Shown here piece after piece: positions 1 through 11,447 of a stretch of 64,000 nucleotides of DNA (its first letter is position 1; the number at the start of each line of letters is the position of its first letter). A model generated the notes under the pieces. The model was given only the letters and a program-made list of their open reading frames with translations, made no database searches and was not told the origin of the DNA. Location of the stretch: NCBI RefSeq assembly GCF_057098645.1, contig NZ_CM169472.1. The stretch is one strand, 5' to 3'. The position numbers and the translations under genes are program-made.

Positions 1-428
1 GTCAGTTCAAGAAAACCGCTCATAATCTGCAACAGATGCTGACCAACGCGGCGGGCGTTTTCTGGCTGACTAAACCAGTTGCCAATCAACAACGCCGGTT
101 CGTGACGTCGAATCAATGCCACCAGCGACTGGGTATCGAGAAATTTTTCCTGCACGAACTGACCGAGATTTTCTCCAATCCGGTCTTTATTACGCGGGAT
201 AATCGCCGTATGACGAGAAATGATCGGAATTGGCACGCGGCGAAACAGCGCCACCACCGCAAACCAGTCCGCCAGCGCGCCGACCATCGCCGCTTCAGCA
301 ATCGCCTTCACGCCGCTCACCCAAAAATTGGGCGGCAAAAACAGCGTAACGACAAAGGTAGCAGCGGCGATAAGCAGTAAAGAGAGCGCCAACATTTTGG
401 CGCGTCTGAGTTCAATGAGTTTATTCAT
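1..428 (-). CDS. yjiN: DUF445 inner-membrane protein YjiN, N-terminal part (gene runs off the window start)
   Basis: Continuous minus-strand frame from an ATG near 426-428 to the window edge, translating [30 protein letters not shown]...; absent from the ORF track because no stop lies inside the window. Identity from recalled YjiN sequence and its position next to mdtM. Confidence 0.6.
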   Translation of the reverse strand, partial: MNKLIELRRAKMLALSLLLIAAATFVVTLFLPPNFWVSGVKAIAEAAMVGALADWFAVVALFRRVPIPIISRHTAIIPRNKDRIGENLGQFVQEKFLDTQSLVALIRRHEPALLIGNWFSQPENARRVGQHLLQIMSGFLEL

Positions 429-468
429 AACGTTAAGAATAGAGCCTGACGGCAGGATCGCGCAAAAA

Positions 469-1701
469 TCACCGCTCCTCCGCCAGCTCGGCAGCCTGAT
501 GTTGGCGCACGCGATTAAGCAATCCGGCCAGGGTGAAAACGACGATAACGCCCGCCACAACGGCTAACAGATGAAACGGCAAGCGACCGCCGTTAAACCA
601 CAGCCAGCGGCCAATTTCGACCGAGACAGACATCACCATCAGGATCACCATATTCAGCGATGCGGAGACGGTCCCTTTCGGTAAGTTATTGGAAAACAGC
701 GTAAAGCGGAATAAGGTCGGGAAGATCAAACCAATCCCGAAAGCATACAGACTGGTGCCCAGCACCGACCACAGCCAGACGTGCGGTGACAGCAGATTGC
801 CGATAATCAACAGCGCGAGGCCGACCAGTTGAATGGGTACGGCACGCCAGATAAAGCGCGGTTCGGTCGGATCTTTAACGAAACGCGCCACGACGGCATT
901 CGCGACAATCACCGCGCCGAACACCGGAACCTGTGTCCAGGCGAACTGCGAAGTTGTTAAGCCGCCCGCGTCGATCAGGATCACCGGCGAGACAGCCACC
1001 CAACTCATCATTGGGATATAGCTTAAAGAGATGGTTGCTGCGCCAAAGAGGAACAGCCGATTGCAAAAGACATTACGAAAATCGCGTAATACGCTTTTGG
1101 CGCTAAACGGAACCGCGCCGCGCTTCACCGTCTCTGGCATCGCCAGCAGTAAGCCAACAAATGAGATAAAACCCATAACCGCAATGATGGCAAAAAGGAC
1201 TTTCCAGTGCACAAAGTGCATCAGAGCTGCGCCGGAAAGCGGGCCAATAATCGGCGCAATCAGTACGATGGAGGTGATAATCGCCATCAACTTGATCCCT
1301 TTTGTCTGTCCGAACGCCTCCTGCACCGTGACATAACCAACGGTAGCAATAAAACAGATACTGGTGCCCTGAATTGCACGCGCGATAAGAAACTGTGTCA
1401 TAGACGTTGTGAACATTGTCGCAGCGCAGGCAAGGGTAAAAATGAGCGCCCCGGTAATCAGCACTGGCCTGCGGCCAATCCTGTCGGAAAGTGGCCCCAG
1501 CAGCCACTGTAACGCCATACCGCCAGCGAGATAGAGACTGACGGCAGCAGGGGCCAGACTGACATCGGCATTAAAATCACGGACCACATTAATGATCCCC
1601 GGCTGGATCAGATCCGTCGAAAGATAGGCGGCAAAGTCATACAAAATCAACGCCATCGGGAAAAACAGCGTAGCGGCATGGCGGGCAAAAAAACGTGGCA
1701 T
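469..1701 (-). CDS. mdtM: MFS multidrug efflux transporter MdtM (YjiO)
   Basis: ORF 469..1710; translation from internal Met [43 protein letters not shown]... matches MdtM; 410 aa from this start. Confidence 0.85.
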   Translation of the reverse strand: MPRFFARHAATLFFPMALILYDFAAYLSTDLIQPGIINVVRDFNADVSLAPAAVSLYLAGGMALQWLLGPLSDRIGRRPVLITGALIFTLACAATMFTTSMTQFLIARAIQGTSICFIATVGYVTVQEAFGQTKGIKLMAIITSIVLIAPIIGPLSGAALMHFVHWKVLFAIIAVMGFISFVGLLLAMPETVKRGAVPFSAKSVLRDFRNVFCNRLFLFGAATISLSYIPMMSWVAVSPVILIDAGGLTTSQFAWTQVPVFGAVIVANAVVARFVKDPTEPRFIWRAVPIQLVGLALLIIGNLLSPHVWLWSVLGTSLYAFGIGLIFPTLFRFTLFSNNLPKGTVSASLNMVILMVMSVSVEIGRWLWFNGGRLPFHLLAVVAGVIVVFTLAGLLNRVRQHQAAELAEER

Positions 1702-2167
1702 AACAAACAACTCCTTGTCCGGAGAACCCCAACGGGGAAAACGAAATTCAATACCGTCGGTAATGACGAAAGGCAGGCGAGAAGGACAAATGTACTGAAT
1801 TTCATGTAATCAACCACACTGCCTGTGAACACACAGACAGAGAAATACCTTCTGACTCCAGGTCAGAATGTATAACGATTACAAATAGTCATCAGCACAT
1901 TACACCTCTTTAATTGATGGGTTGCATAGAAAATATACACCTTAAGTGTAATTAAAATTTGCGGTTAATCAAAAGAGCGCGGTGGAAAGGGGAATATCTG
2001 CCGGGTACAGGAAATGTAAAACGCGAGCCTGTTTCCGGAAAAATGTATCGTTTGCAGAGGAACAAAAATAGCCTGGAAAGCGCCTCGGGGAACGGAAAAT
2101 AGCCAGGTGAGAATGGTTTTGTTAGTCGCTAAAGTCGGGCCATCTTATCTACAGGTGACGGATCGCC

Positions 2168-3112
2168 ATGACAAACTTCACGACCAGCACGCCGCATGAC
2201 GCATTATTTAAGTCCTTTCTCACGCACCCTGACACCGCGCGGGATTTTATGGAGATCCACTTACCCAAAGATTTACGTGAACTGTGAGATCTCGACAGCT
2301 TAAAACTGGAATCCGCCAGCTTTGTCGATGAAAAATTGCGGGCGCTACACTCCGATATTCTGTGGTCGGTAGAGACCCGTGAAGGTGATGGCTATATCTA
2401 TGTGGTGATTGAACATCAGAGCCGTGAGGATATTCATATAGCCTTTCGCCTGATGCGCTATTCCATGGCGGTGATGCAGCGCCATATCGAGCATGATAAA
2501 CGCCGGCCGTTACCGCTGGTCATCCCGATGCTGTTTTATCACGGTAGCCGTAGTCCTTATCCCTGGTCCCTGTGCTGGCTGGACGCATTTGCCGACCCGA
2601 CTACTGCACGGAAACTTTATACTGCAGCGTTCCCGCTGGTGGATGTCACTGTCGTGCCAGACGACGAGATTGTGCAGCACCGCAGAGTCGCCCTGTTGGA
2701 GTTGATCCAAAAGCATATTCGCCAGCGCGATCTAATGGGGCTTATTGATCAACTGGCAGTATTACTGGTTACAGGGTGCGCTAATGACAGCCAGATAACC
2801 GCGCTGTTAAATTACATTTTACTGGCTGGCGATGAAGCGAGTTTTAAAGAGTTTATCAGCGAACTAACCAGTCGAATGCCACAACACAGGGAGCGAATAA
2901 TGACGATTGCAGAGCGAATTCATAATGATGGATGGCTGTTAGGGATGGTAAAGGGGAAAGAAGAAGGGGAACAACGCCTCCTTAGATTGCTTTTGCAGAA
3001 CGGTGCGGATCCTGAATGGATACAACGATATACTGGACTTTCGGCAGAGCAAATGCAGGCATTAGAGCAACCCTTGCCTGAAAGCAAGCGCGATCCATGG
3101 ATCGAGTACTAA
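2168..3112 (+). pseudogene. rpnD: Rpn-family recombination-promoting nuclease (RpnD, yjiP/yjiQ), interrupted by in-frame TGA at 2285..2287
   Basis: ATG at 2168 gives [39 protein letters not shown] then TGA; same frame continues into ORF 2336..3112 (…[26 protein letters not shown]…), typical Rpn/transposase_31 family. K-12 carries the same locus as a pseudogene. Confidence 0.7.
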
Positions 3113-3206
3113 TCAGAGACTGATGACAAACGCAAAGCTGCCTGATGTGCTACGCTTATCAGACCTACATTACCTCTGCAATCTATTGAATTTGCGCGAT
3201 TTGTAA

Positions 3207-3236
3207 GCCGGATAAGGCGTTCACGCCGCATCCGGT
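3207..3236. repeat. REP (repetitive extragenic palindrome) element
   Basis: gccggataaggcgttcacgccgcatccgg palindromic unit in the rpnD-yjiR intergenic region. Confidence 0.5.
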
Positions 3237-3353
3237 ATGAACAAAGCACACTTTGCCTAAGCCATGCTGGAACGTGGCGATGCCCCTGCAAAGATAAAAC
3301 GAGTCACAGGCGATTCGTGAGAGGAAATCAGGGGCCTCGCCACTAATTCGAAT

Positions 3354-4766
3354 TCATTCCATTGCCTGATACACGGCCTCGCCAATTTGCTTCAGTGCTT
3401 CGCGATAGGTTTCGCTGAGCGGCAAAGCGCAGTTGATGCGCAGGCAGTTACGGTATTTGCCGGAAGCTGAGAAAATCGAGCCTGCCGCCACCTGGATTTT
3501 CATGCGGCACAGCTGCCGCGCGACGCAGACCATATCGACCTGTTCAGGCAATTCTATCCACAGTAAAAATCCGCCTTTCGGGCGCGTAATACAGATTTCG
3601 CAGGGAAAATATTCCCGTATCCAGCAGGTATAAAGCGCCAGATTGCGCTGATAAGTCTGCCGCATCCGCCGGATATGGCGATGATAGTGACCTTCCAGAA
3701 CAAACGTTGCCGCCGCCATTTGCGTGGACGGCACATTAAAGCTGCTGATGGCGTATTTCATATGCAGCAGTTTATCGTGATAACGCCCCGGTGCGACCCA
3801 ACCTACGCGCAGGCCTGGAGCAATACTTTTACTGAACGAGCTGCACAACAGCACTCGCCCGTCGATATCCCAGGAATGAATGGTCCGCGGGCGCGGATAC
3901 TCCGTTGCCAGTTCGCCGTAGACATCATCTTCAAAAATCACAATATCATGACGCTGAGCGAGAGAGAGAACGGCCCGTTTGCGCGCGTCCGGCATAATAA
4001 ATCCCAGCGGATTATTACAGTTTGGCACCAGAATGATGCCTTTAATCGGCCACTGTTCCAGCGCCAGTTCCAGCGCTTCAACGCTGATGCCTGTTTCTGG
4101 ATCGGTTGGGATTTCAATCACTTTCACGCCCATGCCGCGCAGCATCTGCATTGAACCGTAGTAACAGGGGGATTCGACCGCGACAATATCGCCCGGTTTA
4201 CACACCGCCATTAACGCCATCGACATCGAGTTATGGCAGCCGCTGGTGATGATGATGTCATCGGCGGTGACCACCGAGCCGCTGTCGAGCATCAGGCGGG
4301 CAATTTGCTCTCGCAACACTCGCTGACCGGCTAACAAGTCATAACCGAGAACGGTTTGCAGATTATGCTGTACCACCCGGCTTAGCTCCCGCCAGAGTGG
4401 TTTCAGGCTGGGCGTTTCGACATCCGGCGTGCTTTTGCTTAATGGAACAATGGAACTGTCGCTATGCGCCTCCAGCATATCCAGTACCTGATCCCACTGG
4501 GTAATTTCCACCGGGCGCTGCACCGGACGCGTCATCGGCGGCACTGGCGGCTGGGCTTTACGTTGTGCGACAAAATACCCCGAACGCGGCTGCGGAGTGA
4601 TGAGCTTCATCGTCTCCAGCGTCTGATACGCCTGCTGCACGGTGCTGATGCTGACGCCGTGCTCCTGACTTAAGCTGCGCACCGACGGCAATTTCTCCCC
4701 GTGACGATACAGCCCTTGCTCAATCCGCTCGGCAAGCAGAGTTGCCAGATGTTGATAACGCGTCAT
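3354..4766 (-). CDS. yjiR: MocR/GntR-family transcriptional regulator with aminotransferase-like domain YjiR
   Basis: 470-aa ORF; N-terminal HTH (LPSVRSLSQEHGVSISTVQQAYQTL) plus PLP-aminotransferase-like body; matches YjiR. Confidence 0.85.
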   Translation of the reverse strand: MTRYQHLATLLAERIEQGLYRHGEKLPSVRSLSQEHGVSISTVQQAYQTLETMKLITPQPRSGYFVAQRKAQPPVPPMTRPVQRPVEITQWDQVLDMLEAHSDSSIVPLSKSTPDVETPSLKPLWRELSRVVQHNLQTVLGYDLLAGQRVLREQIARLMLDSGSVVTADDIIITSGCHNSMSMALMAVCKPGDIVAVESPCYYGSMQMLRGMGVKVIEIPTDPETGISVEALELALEQWPIKGIILVPNCNNPLGFIMPDARKRAVLSLAQRHDIVIFEDDVYGELATEYPRPRTIHSWDIDGRVLLCSSFSKSIAPGLRVGWVAPGRYHDKLLHMKYAISSFNVPSTQMAAATFVLEGHYHRHIRRMRQTYQRNLALYTCWIREYFPCEICITRPKGGFLLWIELPEQVDMVCVARQLCRMKIQVAAGSIFSASGKYRNCLRINCALPLSETYREALKQIGEAVYQAME

Positions 4767-4942
4767 GCTGTATTCCTTATTTGGACCATACAGAGAGAAA
4801 AACCGGTACAGATGAGGCTAAAAAACCGGATGCAGATGCTGTTTTAACCTGTCTGTATGTTAAATAAAACTAATATTTGCATCTGTATTGTGAACTGCCA
4901 GAAGACGGATGATGAAGCCTCTGAAAGATGAGGAGGCAGCAG

Positions 4943-5107
4943 ATGGAATTTCACGAAAACAAAGCCAAAACGCCGTTTATCAGACTTGTGCAACTCTGGC
5001 AGGCGGTGAGGCGTTGGCGGCGGCAAATGCAGACCCGACGAGTGTTACAGCAGATGAGTGATGAGCGGTTGAGGGATATCGGGTTACGCAGGGAGGATGT
5101 GGAGTGA
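4943..5107 (+). CDS. yjiS: DUF1127 small protein YjiS
   Basis: 54-codon ORF MEFHENKAKTPFIRLVQLWQAVRRWRRQMQTRRVLQQMSDERLRDIGLRREDVE preceded by a GAGGAGG Shine-Dalgarno; below the ORF-track size cutoff. Confidence 0.65.
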   Translation: MEFHENKAKTPFIRLVQLWQAVRRWRRQMQTRRVLQQMSDERLRDIGLRREDVE

Positions 5108-5458
5108 ACTATGGGCGGCGTGTTGGCAAATGCTGCCTGTCTGCATTCAAAATTGCTACAAAATCCAACCATAAAAGTCGTTTACAACATATTTTTCTGA
5201 TTTACATACAGATAATGACCTGAGCTGTCTCACTGGGGGTCATCATCTATGCGTCCGGGGGATCTGTCACAAAAAGGAATAGAACAAAATCATCAGCGGT
5301 GAATAAAGCGATTCGTTTTAGATCACATTAATAAAATTTTTGTATCAAAAATTAGTTATCGCGCTCACAGTTCATAATGAAACAATTCTCTGCAAATAGA
5401 TAACCGAAGCTTCGTTGCTAGTATCAATTCGCTAATTATACACCTGCCAGAGGATACA

Positions 5459-7999
5459 ATGAAAAATAGAAATCGTATGATCGTGAACTGTGTTACTGCT
5501 TCCCTGATGTATTATTGGAGCTTACCTGCACTGGCTGAGCAGTCGTCAAGTGAGATAAAGATTGTTCGCGATGAATACGGCATGCCGCATATTTATGCCA
5601 ATGATACATGGCACCTATTTTATGGCTATGGCTATGTAGTAGCACAAGATCGCCTTTTTCAGATGGAAATGGCACGTCGCAGTACTCAAGGGACTGTCGC
5701 GGAAGTGCTTGGCAAAGATTTTGTGAAATTTGATAAAGATATCCGTCGTAACTACTGGCCGGATGCTATCCGGGCGCAAATTGCTGCCCTTTCCCCAGAG
5801 GATATGTCCATTCTGCAAGGCTACGCTGATGGAATGAATGCCTGGATTGATAAGGTAAATACCAATCCAGAGACGCTCTTACCAAAACAGTTTAATACAT
5901 TTGGCTTTACTCCTAAGCGCTGGGAACCGTTTGATGTCGCGATGATATTTGTGGGCACCATGGCAAACCGCTTCTCTGATAGCACTAGCGAAATTGATAA
6001 TCTGGCACTGCTAACGGCTTTAAAAGATAAATATGGTGTATCACAAGGCATGGCGGTATTTAATCAGTTGAAATGGCTGGTAAACCCATCAGCGCCAACC
6101 ACTATTGCCGTACAAGAGAGTAGCTACCCACTTAAATTTAATCAGCAAAACTCGCAAACAGCAGCTCTGTTGCCACGCTACGATTTACCTGCACCAATGC
6201 TTGACCGACCAGCAAAAGGGGCGGATGGCGCACTGCTGGCGTTAACAGCAGGGAAGAACCGGGAAACTATTGCTGCACAATTTGCACAGGGTGGTGCCAA
6301 TGGTCTGGCGGGGTATCCAACGACCAGCAATATGTGGGTGATCGGCAAAAGCAAAGCCCAGGATGCGAAAGCAATCATGGTAAATGGTCCGCAGTTTGGC
6401 TGGTATGCGCCTGCGTATACTTATGGTATTGGTCTGCACGGTGCTGGTTATGATGTCACTGGCAATACACCATTTGCCTATCCTGGGCTGGTTTTTGGTC
6501 ATAATGGTGTGATTTCCTGGGGATCAACGGCAGGTTTCGGCGATGATGTCGATATTTTTGCTGAACGGCTGTCGGCAGAGAAACCAGGCTACTACTTGCA
6601 TAATGGTAAGTGGGTGAAAATGTTAAGCCGTGAAGAAACCATTATGGTGAAAAATGGTCAGGCAGAGACCTTTACTGTCTGGCGCACGGTGCATGGCAAC
6701 ATTATCCAAACTGACCAGACGACACAAACGGCTTACGCTAAATCCCGCGCCTGGGATGGTAAAGAGGTGGCGTCTTTGCTGGCCTGGACTCATCAGATGA
6801 AGGCCAAAAATTGGCAGGAGTGGACACAGCAGGCAGCAAAACAAGCACTGACCATCAACTGGTACTATGCTGATGTGAACGGCAATATTGGTTATGTTCA
6901 TACTGGTGCTTATCCGGATCGTCAATCAGGCCATGATCCGCGATTACCCGTTCCTGGCACGGGAAAATGGGACTGGAAAGGGCTATTGCCTTTTGAAATG
7001 AACCCTAAGGTGTATAACCCCCAGTCGGGATATATTGCTAACTGGAACAATTCTCCCCAAAAAGATTATCCCGCTTCGGATCTGTTTGCCTTTTTGTGGG
7101 GTGGTGCAGATCGCGTTACGGAGATCGACCGACTGCTTGAGCAAAAGCCACGCTTAACTGCTGATCAGGCATGGGATGTTATTCGCCAAACCAGTCGTCA
7201 GGATCTTAACCTGAGGCTTTTTTTACCTACTCTGCAAGCAGCGACATCTGGTTTGACACAGAGCGATCCGCGCCGTCAGTTGGTGGATACATTAACACGT
7301 TGGGATGGCATCAATTTGCTTAATGATGATGGTAAAACCTGGCAGCAGCCAGGCTCTGCCATCCTGAACGTTTGGCTGACCAGTATGTTGAAGCGTACCG
7401 TAGTGGCTGTTGTACCTATGCCATTTGATAAGTGGTACAGCGCCAGTGGCTACGAAACAACCTAGGACGGTCCAACTGGTTCGCTGAATATAAGTGTTGG
7501 AGCAAAAATTTTGTATGAGGCGGTGCAGGGAGACAAATCACCAATCCCACAGGCGGTTGATCTGTTTGCCGGGAAATCACAGCAGGAGGTTGTGTTGGCT
7601 GCGCTGGAAGATACCTGGGAGACTCTTTCCAAACGCTATGGCAATAATGTGAGTAACTGGAAAACACCTGCAATGGCCTTAACGTTCCGGGCAAATAATT
7701 TCTTTGGCGTACCGCAGGCCGCAGCGGAAGAAGCGCGTCATCAGGCGGAGTATCAAAACCGTGGAACAGAAAACGATATGATTGTCTTCTCACCAACGAC
7801 AAGCGATCGTCCGGTGCTTGCCTGGGATGTGGTCGCACCCGGTCAGAGTGGATTTATTGCTCCCGATGGAACAGTTGATAAGCACTATGAAGATCAGCTG
7901 AAAATGTACGAAAATTTTGGTCGTAAGTCGCTCTGGTTAACGAAGCAGGATGTGGAGGCGCATAAGGAGTCGCAGGAAGTGTTGCACGTTCAGAGATAA
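5459..7999 (+). pseudogene. pga: Penicillin G acylase (amidase) precursor gene interrupted by a single in-frame TAG at 7463..7465
   Basis: ORF 5459..7465 (668 aa, [74 protein letters not shown]…) and ORF 7511..7999 (…LHVQR) are in the same frame separated only by TAG; the combined 846 codons match the E. coli penicillin G acylase precursor. Confidence 0.85.
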
Positions 8000-8012
8000 T
8001 TAAGCCCGAAAG

Positions 8013-8039
8013 CCCTCATATTCAGGAGGAATATGAGGG
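8013..8039. terminator. Stem-loop between convergent pga and yjiA (possible bidirectional terminator)
   Basis: Inverted repeat ccctcatattc-aggagg-aatatgaggg just after the pga stop; the flanking U-run is weak. Confidence 0.3.
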
Positions 8040-8076
8040 TGATAAAGTCTCAGGTATTGTGATGTTGGAGGGCTGG

Positions 8077-9033
8077 TTACTTTTTGAGTTCCGCAAACGC
8101 CGCCCGAATCTCTTCCTCCGGCAACTGAATCCCGATAAACACCATCGTGCTATGCGGTTTTTCATCGCCCCACGGGCGGTCCCAGTCGGCGCTGTAGAGG
8201 CGCTGGACGCCCTGGAACAGCAGGCGGTTAGGTTCGCCGTCAATCCACAGCATCCCTTTGTAACGCAGCAGTTTATCTGCCGATTCCAGCAGCAGGTTTT
8301 CCATCACCCGGGAAACTTCGCTGATATCTACCGGGTAATCCAGTTCCACCACAATCGACGAAATATCGTTTTGTTTATCCGCGATAAAGTGGAAACGCGG
8401 TTTGGTGCTGACGACGTTCTCTTCCAGCATAAAACCGTTGGTGTTGAACAGCAGGCCCAGGTCGATGTCGCCGTGGGTGACGGTGTAGACCGGTGCACGG
8501 GCGTTGATGCGCGCCAGGCGTTCGCGCAGTTTTTCTGCTTCGCCTGCGACGTCGGTTTTGGTCAGCAGAATACGGTCGGCGTAGCCAACCTGGGACTGGG
8601 CGATGGTGAACTGATTCATCTGCTCATCGGCATGTACCGCATCCACCAGCGCAATCACGCCGTCCAGCAGGTAACGCTGGCATAAAATCTCATGGGAGAA
8701 AAAGGTCTGAATAATCGGGCCGGGATCGGCCATGCCGGTGCATTCAATGACCAGACGATCGAACTGAATATTGCCCTTATCGAGATTATCCAGCAGGTCG
8801 AGTAGTGCGTCTTCCAGCTCGTTGGAGCGCGAACAGCAGATGCAGCCGTTGGTCAGCGTTTTGATCTGCGTGGCGCGGTCGCCAATCAATTGATCATCAA
8901 CGGAGACTTCGCCGAATTCGTTTTCAATCACGGCAATCTTGTAGCCGTGTTGTTCGTTAAGAATATGGCGCAGCAGGGTGGTTTTGCCCGCGCCTAAAAA
9001 ACCGGTGAGTAGGGTAACTGCAATCGGGTTCAT
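8077..9033 (-). CDS. yjiA: CobW/P47K-family GTPase YjiA
   Basis: Translation from internal Met MNPIAVTLLTGFLGAGKTTLLRHILNEQHGYKIAVIENEFGEVSVDDQLIGDR… with GCICC motif; 318 aa. Confidence 0.9.
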   Translation of the reverse strand: MNPIAVTLLTGFLGAGKTTLLRHILNEQHGYKIAVIENEFGEVSVDDQLIGDRATQIKTLTNGCICCSRSNELEDALLDLLDNLDKGNIQFDRLVIECTGMADPGPIIQTFFSHEILCQRYLLDGVIALVDAVHADEQMNQFTIAQSQVGYADRILLTKTDVAGEAEKLRERLARINARAPVYTVTHGDIDLGLLFNTNGFMLEENVVSTKPRFHFIADKQNDISSIVVELDYPVDISEVSRVMENLLLESADKLLRYKGMLWIDGEPNRLLFQGVQRLYSADWDRPWGDEKPHSTMVFIGIQLPEEEIRAAFAELKK

Positions 9034-9043
9034 GCTCTCTCCA

Positions 9044-9247
9044 TTAACAACAGCGCATACCGCCTTTACCATCGCCGCCGTAGCGCGCGTTCTGGCGTTC
9101 GCGGAAGAATTCTTCATAGCTCATGTACGGCTTGTCGGGATGGTTGGTCTTCATATGCTCGACGTAGTTGTCGTAGTCTGGAATGCCAATCAACATCTTT
9201 GCCGCCTGGCCGAGATATTTTTTTGCCTGTCCTAAGTTACCAAACAT
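9044..9247 (-). CDS. yjiX: DUF466 small protein YjiX
   Basis: 67-aa [51 protein letters not shown]…, directly downstream of btsT. Confidence 0.85.
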
Positions 9248-9296
9248 AGTTCACTCTGATAAGAACAAAGCCCCGCCGAAGCGGGGCTAAACACGG

Positions 9297-11447
9297 TTAG
9301 TGGTGCGAAGAGATCTTCACGCCGCCTTCCGGGATTGGAACGTACGGTGTTTCTTTGTCAGTACGTTTGTCGCTGTTACGCACCGCAAGCCACGTTTTGA
9401 AACCGTAGAAGATGATGCTGTACACCACAATCAGGAACAGAATACTCAGGCCTGCGTTGGTGTAGTTGTTCACAACGATGTGGTTCATGTTGGCAATCTG
9501 CTGCGCCGTCAGGTCAGTACCGTTAGCAATCTTCTCTTTGTACTGGCTTGCCATGTAGAAGAAGCCTTCCATCTGCGGGTTGGTGCTGAACAGTTTCAGG
9601 CCCAGCGCCCAGGTGGTGCAGATAAGCAGCCATACAGCCGGAACAACAGTTACCCAGATGTATTGGGTGCGCTTCATCTTAATCAGCACAACGGTACCCA
9701 GTACCAGCGCTACGGCTGCCAGCATCTGGTTGGAGATACCGAACAGCGGCCACAGGCTCTTAACGCCGCCCAGCGGATCGACCACGCCCTGATACAGCAG
9801 GTAGCCCCACAGACCCACACAGCCCGCAGTACCGATGATACCGGCAACCAGAGAGTCGGTTTTTTTCAGGAACGGGATGAAGTTACCCAGCAGATCTTGC
9901 AGCATAAAGCGGCCAGAACGGGTACCCGCATCCAGCGCGGTCAGGATGAACAGTGCTTCGAACAGAATACCGAAGTGATACCAGAAGCCCATGTCAGCCA
10001 TCGGCAGCACTTTGTGGAACACGTGAGCGATACCTACCGCCAGCGTCGGCGCACCACCTGCACGGTTCAGGACAGAAGGCTCACCAATGTCTTTCGCGGT
10101 TTGCAGGATCTGCTCTGGCGAAATCACGAAGCCCCAGGAGCTGACGGTCGCTGCCGCGTGTGCGGTAACGTCTTTCAGCTGCGCCATGATGATCGGCGCG
10201 TTCTCGCCACCCATTTCATGCAGGTTAGGCATGGTGATGCCAAGGCCCGCAGGCGGGGTGTTCATCGCGAAGTAAAGACCTGGTTCGATGATGGACGCAG
10301 CAACCAGCGCCATAATCGCCACGAAGGACTCCATCAGCATTGCGCCGTAGCCAATGAAACGCGCGTCGGTTTCGTTAGCCAGCAGTTTCGGCGTCGTACC
10401 GGAAGAGATCAGCGCGTGGAAGCCAGATACCGCACCACAGGCGATGGTGATGAACAGGAACGGGAACAGAGCGCCTTTCCACAGCGGGCCAGTACCGTCA
10501 ATGTACTGGGTCATCGCAGGCATTTTCAGTTCCGGGTTCAGCACCACGATACCCAGCGCCAGGCCGACGATAACGCCGATTTTCAGGAAGGTTGCCAGAT
10601 AGTCGCGCGGTGCGAGGATCAGCCACACCGGCAGCAATGCGGAAACAAACGCATAGCCAATCAGCGCGAAGGTAATGGTGGTGTCTTTAAAGGTCAGTGC
10701 CGGACCCCAGTACGGATCGTGAGCAATCACGCCACCGAAGTAGATAGAGGCAACCAGCAGCACGATACCAATAACAGAGACTTCACCCACACGCCCCGGA
10801 CGGATAAAGCGCATGTAGATACCCATAAACAGCGCAATCGGTACGGTTGAGCAAACGGTGAAGACACCCCACGGACTTTCGGCCAGGGCTTTAACCACAA
10901 TCAGCGCCAGAACGGCGAGGATGATGATCATGATTAAGAAACAGCCAAACAGCGCGATAGTCCCCGGTACTGGTCCCATCTCTTCTTTGATCATCTCACC
11001 GAGAGACGCGCCGTTACGGCGAGAGGAGATAAACAGCACCATAAAGTCCTGAACCGCACCGGCCAGCACGACCCCCGCCAGCAGCCACAGCGTGCCAGGC
11101 AGGTAGCCCATCTGTGCGGCGAGAACCGGACCGACCAGCGGACCAGCACCGGCGATAGCGGCGAAGTGGTGACCAAACAACACGTAACGGTTGGTCGGAA
11201 CGTAGTTCAGACCGTCGTTGTTAATAACCGCAGGCGTCGCGCGCGTGGGGTCGAGTTTCATCACCTTCTGGGCGATATACAAACTGTAGTAGCGATACGC
11301 CACCAGATACACCGACACAGAGGCGACCACGATCCACAGGGCGCTGACGTGCTCCCCCCGACGTAATGCAACTACCGCGAGGCAGAATGCACCGATGATT
11401 CCGAGAATCACCCAGGGTATGTGCTTGAATAGTTTTTTCGTATCCAT
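9297..11447 (-). CDS. btsT: CstA-family pyruvate/H+ symporter BtsT (YjiY)
   Basis: Translation from MDTKKLFKHIPWVILGIIGAFCLAVVALRRGEHVSALW…; 716 aa polytopic membrane protein. Confidence 0.9.
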   Translation of the reverse strand: MDTKKLFKHIPWVILGIIGAFCLAVVALRRGEHVSALWIVVASVSVYLVAYRYYSLYIAQKVMKLDPTRATPAVINNDGLNYVPTNRYVLFGHHFAAIAGAGPLVGPVLAAQMGYLPGTLWLLAGVVLAGAVQDFMVLFISSRRNGASLGEMIKEEMGPVPGTIALFGCFLIMIIILAVLALIVVKALAESPWGVFTVCSTVPIALFMGIYMRFIRPGRVGEVSVIGIVLLVASIYFGGVIAHDPYWGPALTFKDTTITFALIGYAFVSALLPVWLILAPRDYLATFLKIGVIVGLALGIVVLNPELKMPAMTQYIDGTGPLWKGALFPFLFITIACGAVSGFHALISSGTTPKLLANETDARFIGYGAMLMESFVAIMALVAASIIEPGLYFAMNTPPAGLGITMPNLHEMGGENAPIIMAQLKDVTAHAAATVSSWGFVISPEQILQTAKDIGEPSVLNRAGGAPTLAVGIAHVFHKVLPMADMGFWYHFGILFEALFILTALDAGTRSGRFMLQDLLGNFIPFLKKTDSLVAGIIGTAGCVGLWGYLLYQGVVDPLGGVKSLWPLFGISNQMLAAVALVLGTVVLIKMKRTQYIWVTVVPAVWLLICTTWALGLKLFSTNPQMEGFFYMASQYKEKIANGTDLTAQQIANMNHIVVNNYTNAGLSILFLIVVYSIIFYGFKTWLAVRNSDKRTDKETPYVPIPEGGVKISSHH

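Noticed and set aside
36-380. 114-aa plus-strand ORF at the window start
   Set aside because: Lies antisense to the yjiN coding frame, with Arg/His-rich low-complexity translation; treated as a chance frame.
9300-10850. 516-aa plus-strand ORF
   Set aside because: Entirely antisense to btsT, whose translation is a clear CstA-family transporter; the antisense translation is Arg/His/Gln-rich with no domain signature.
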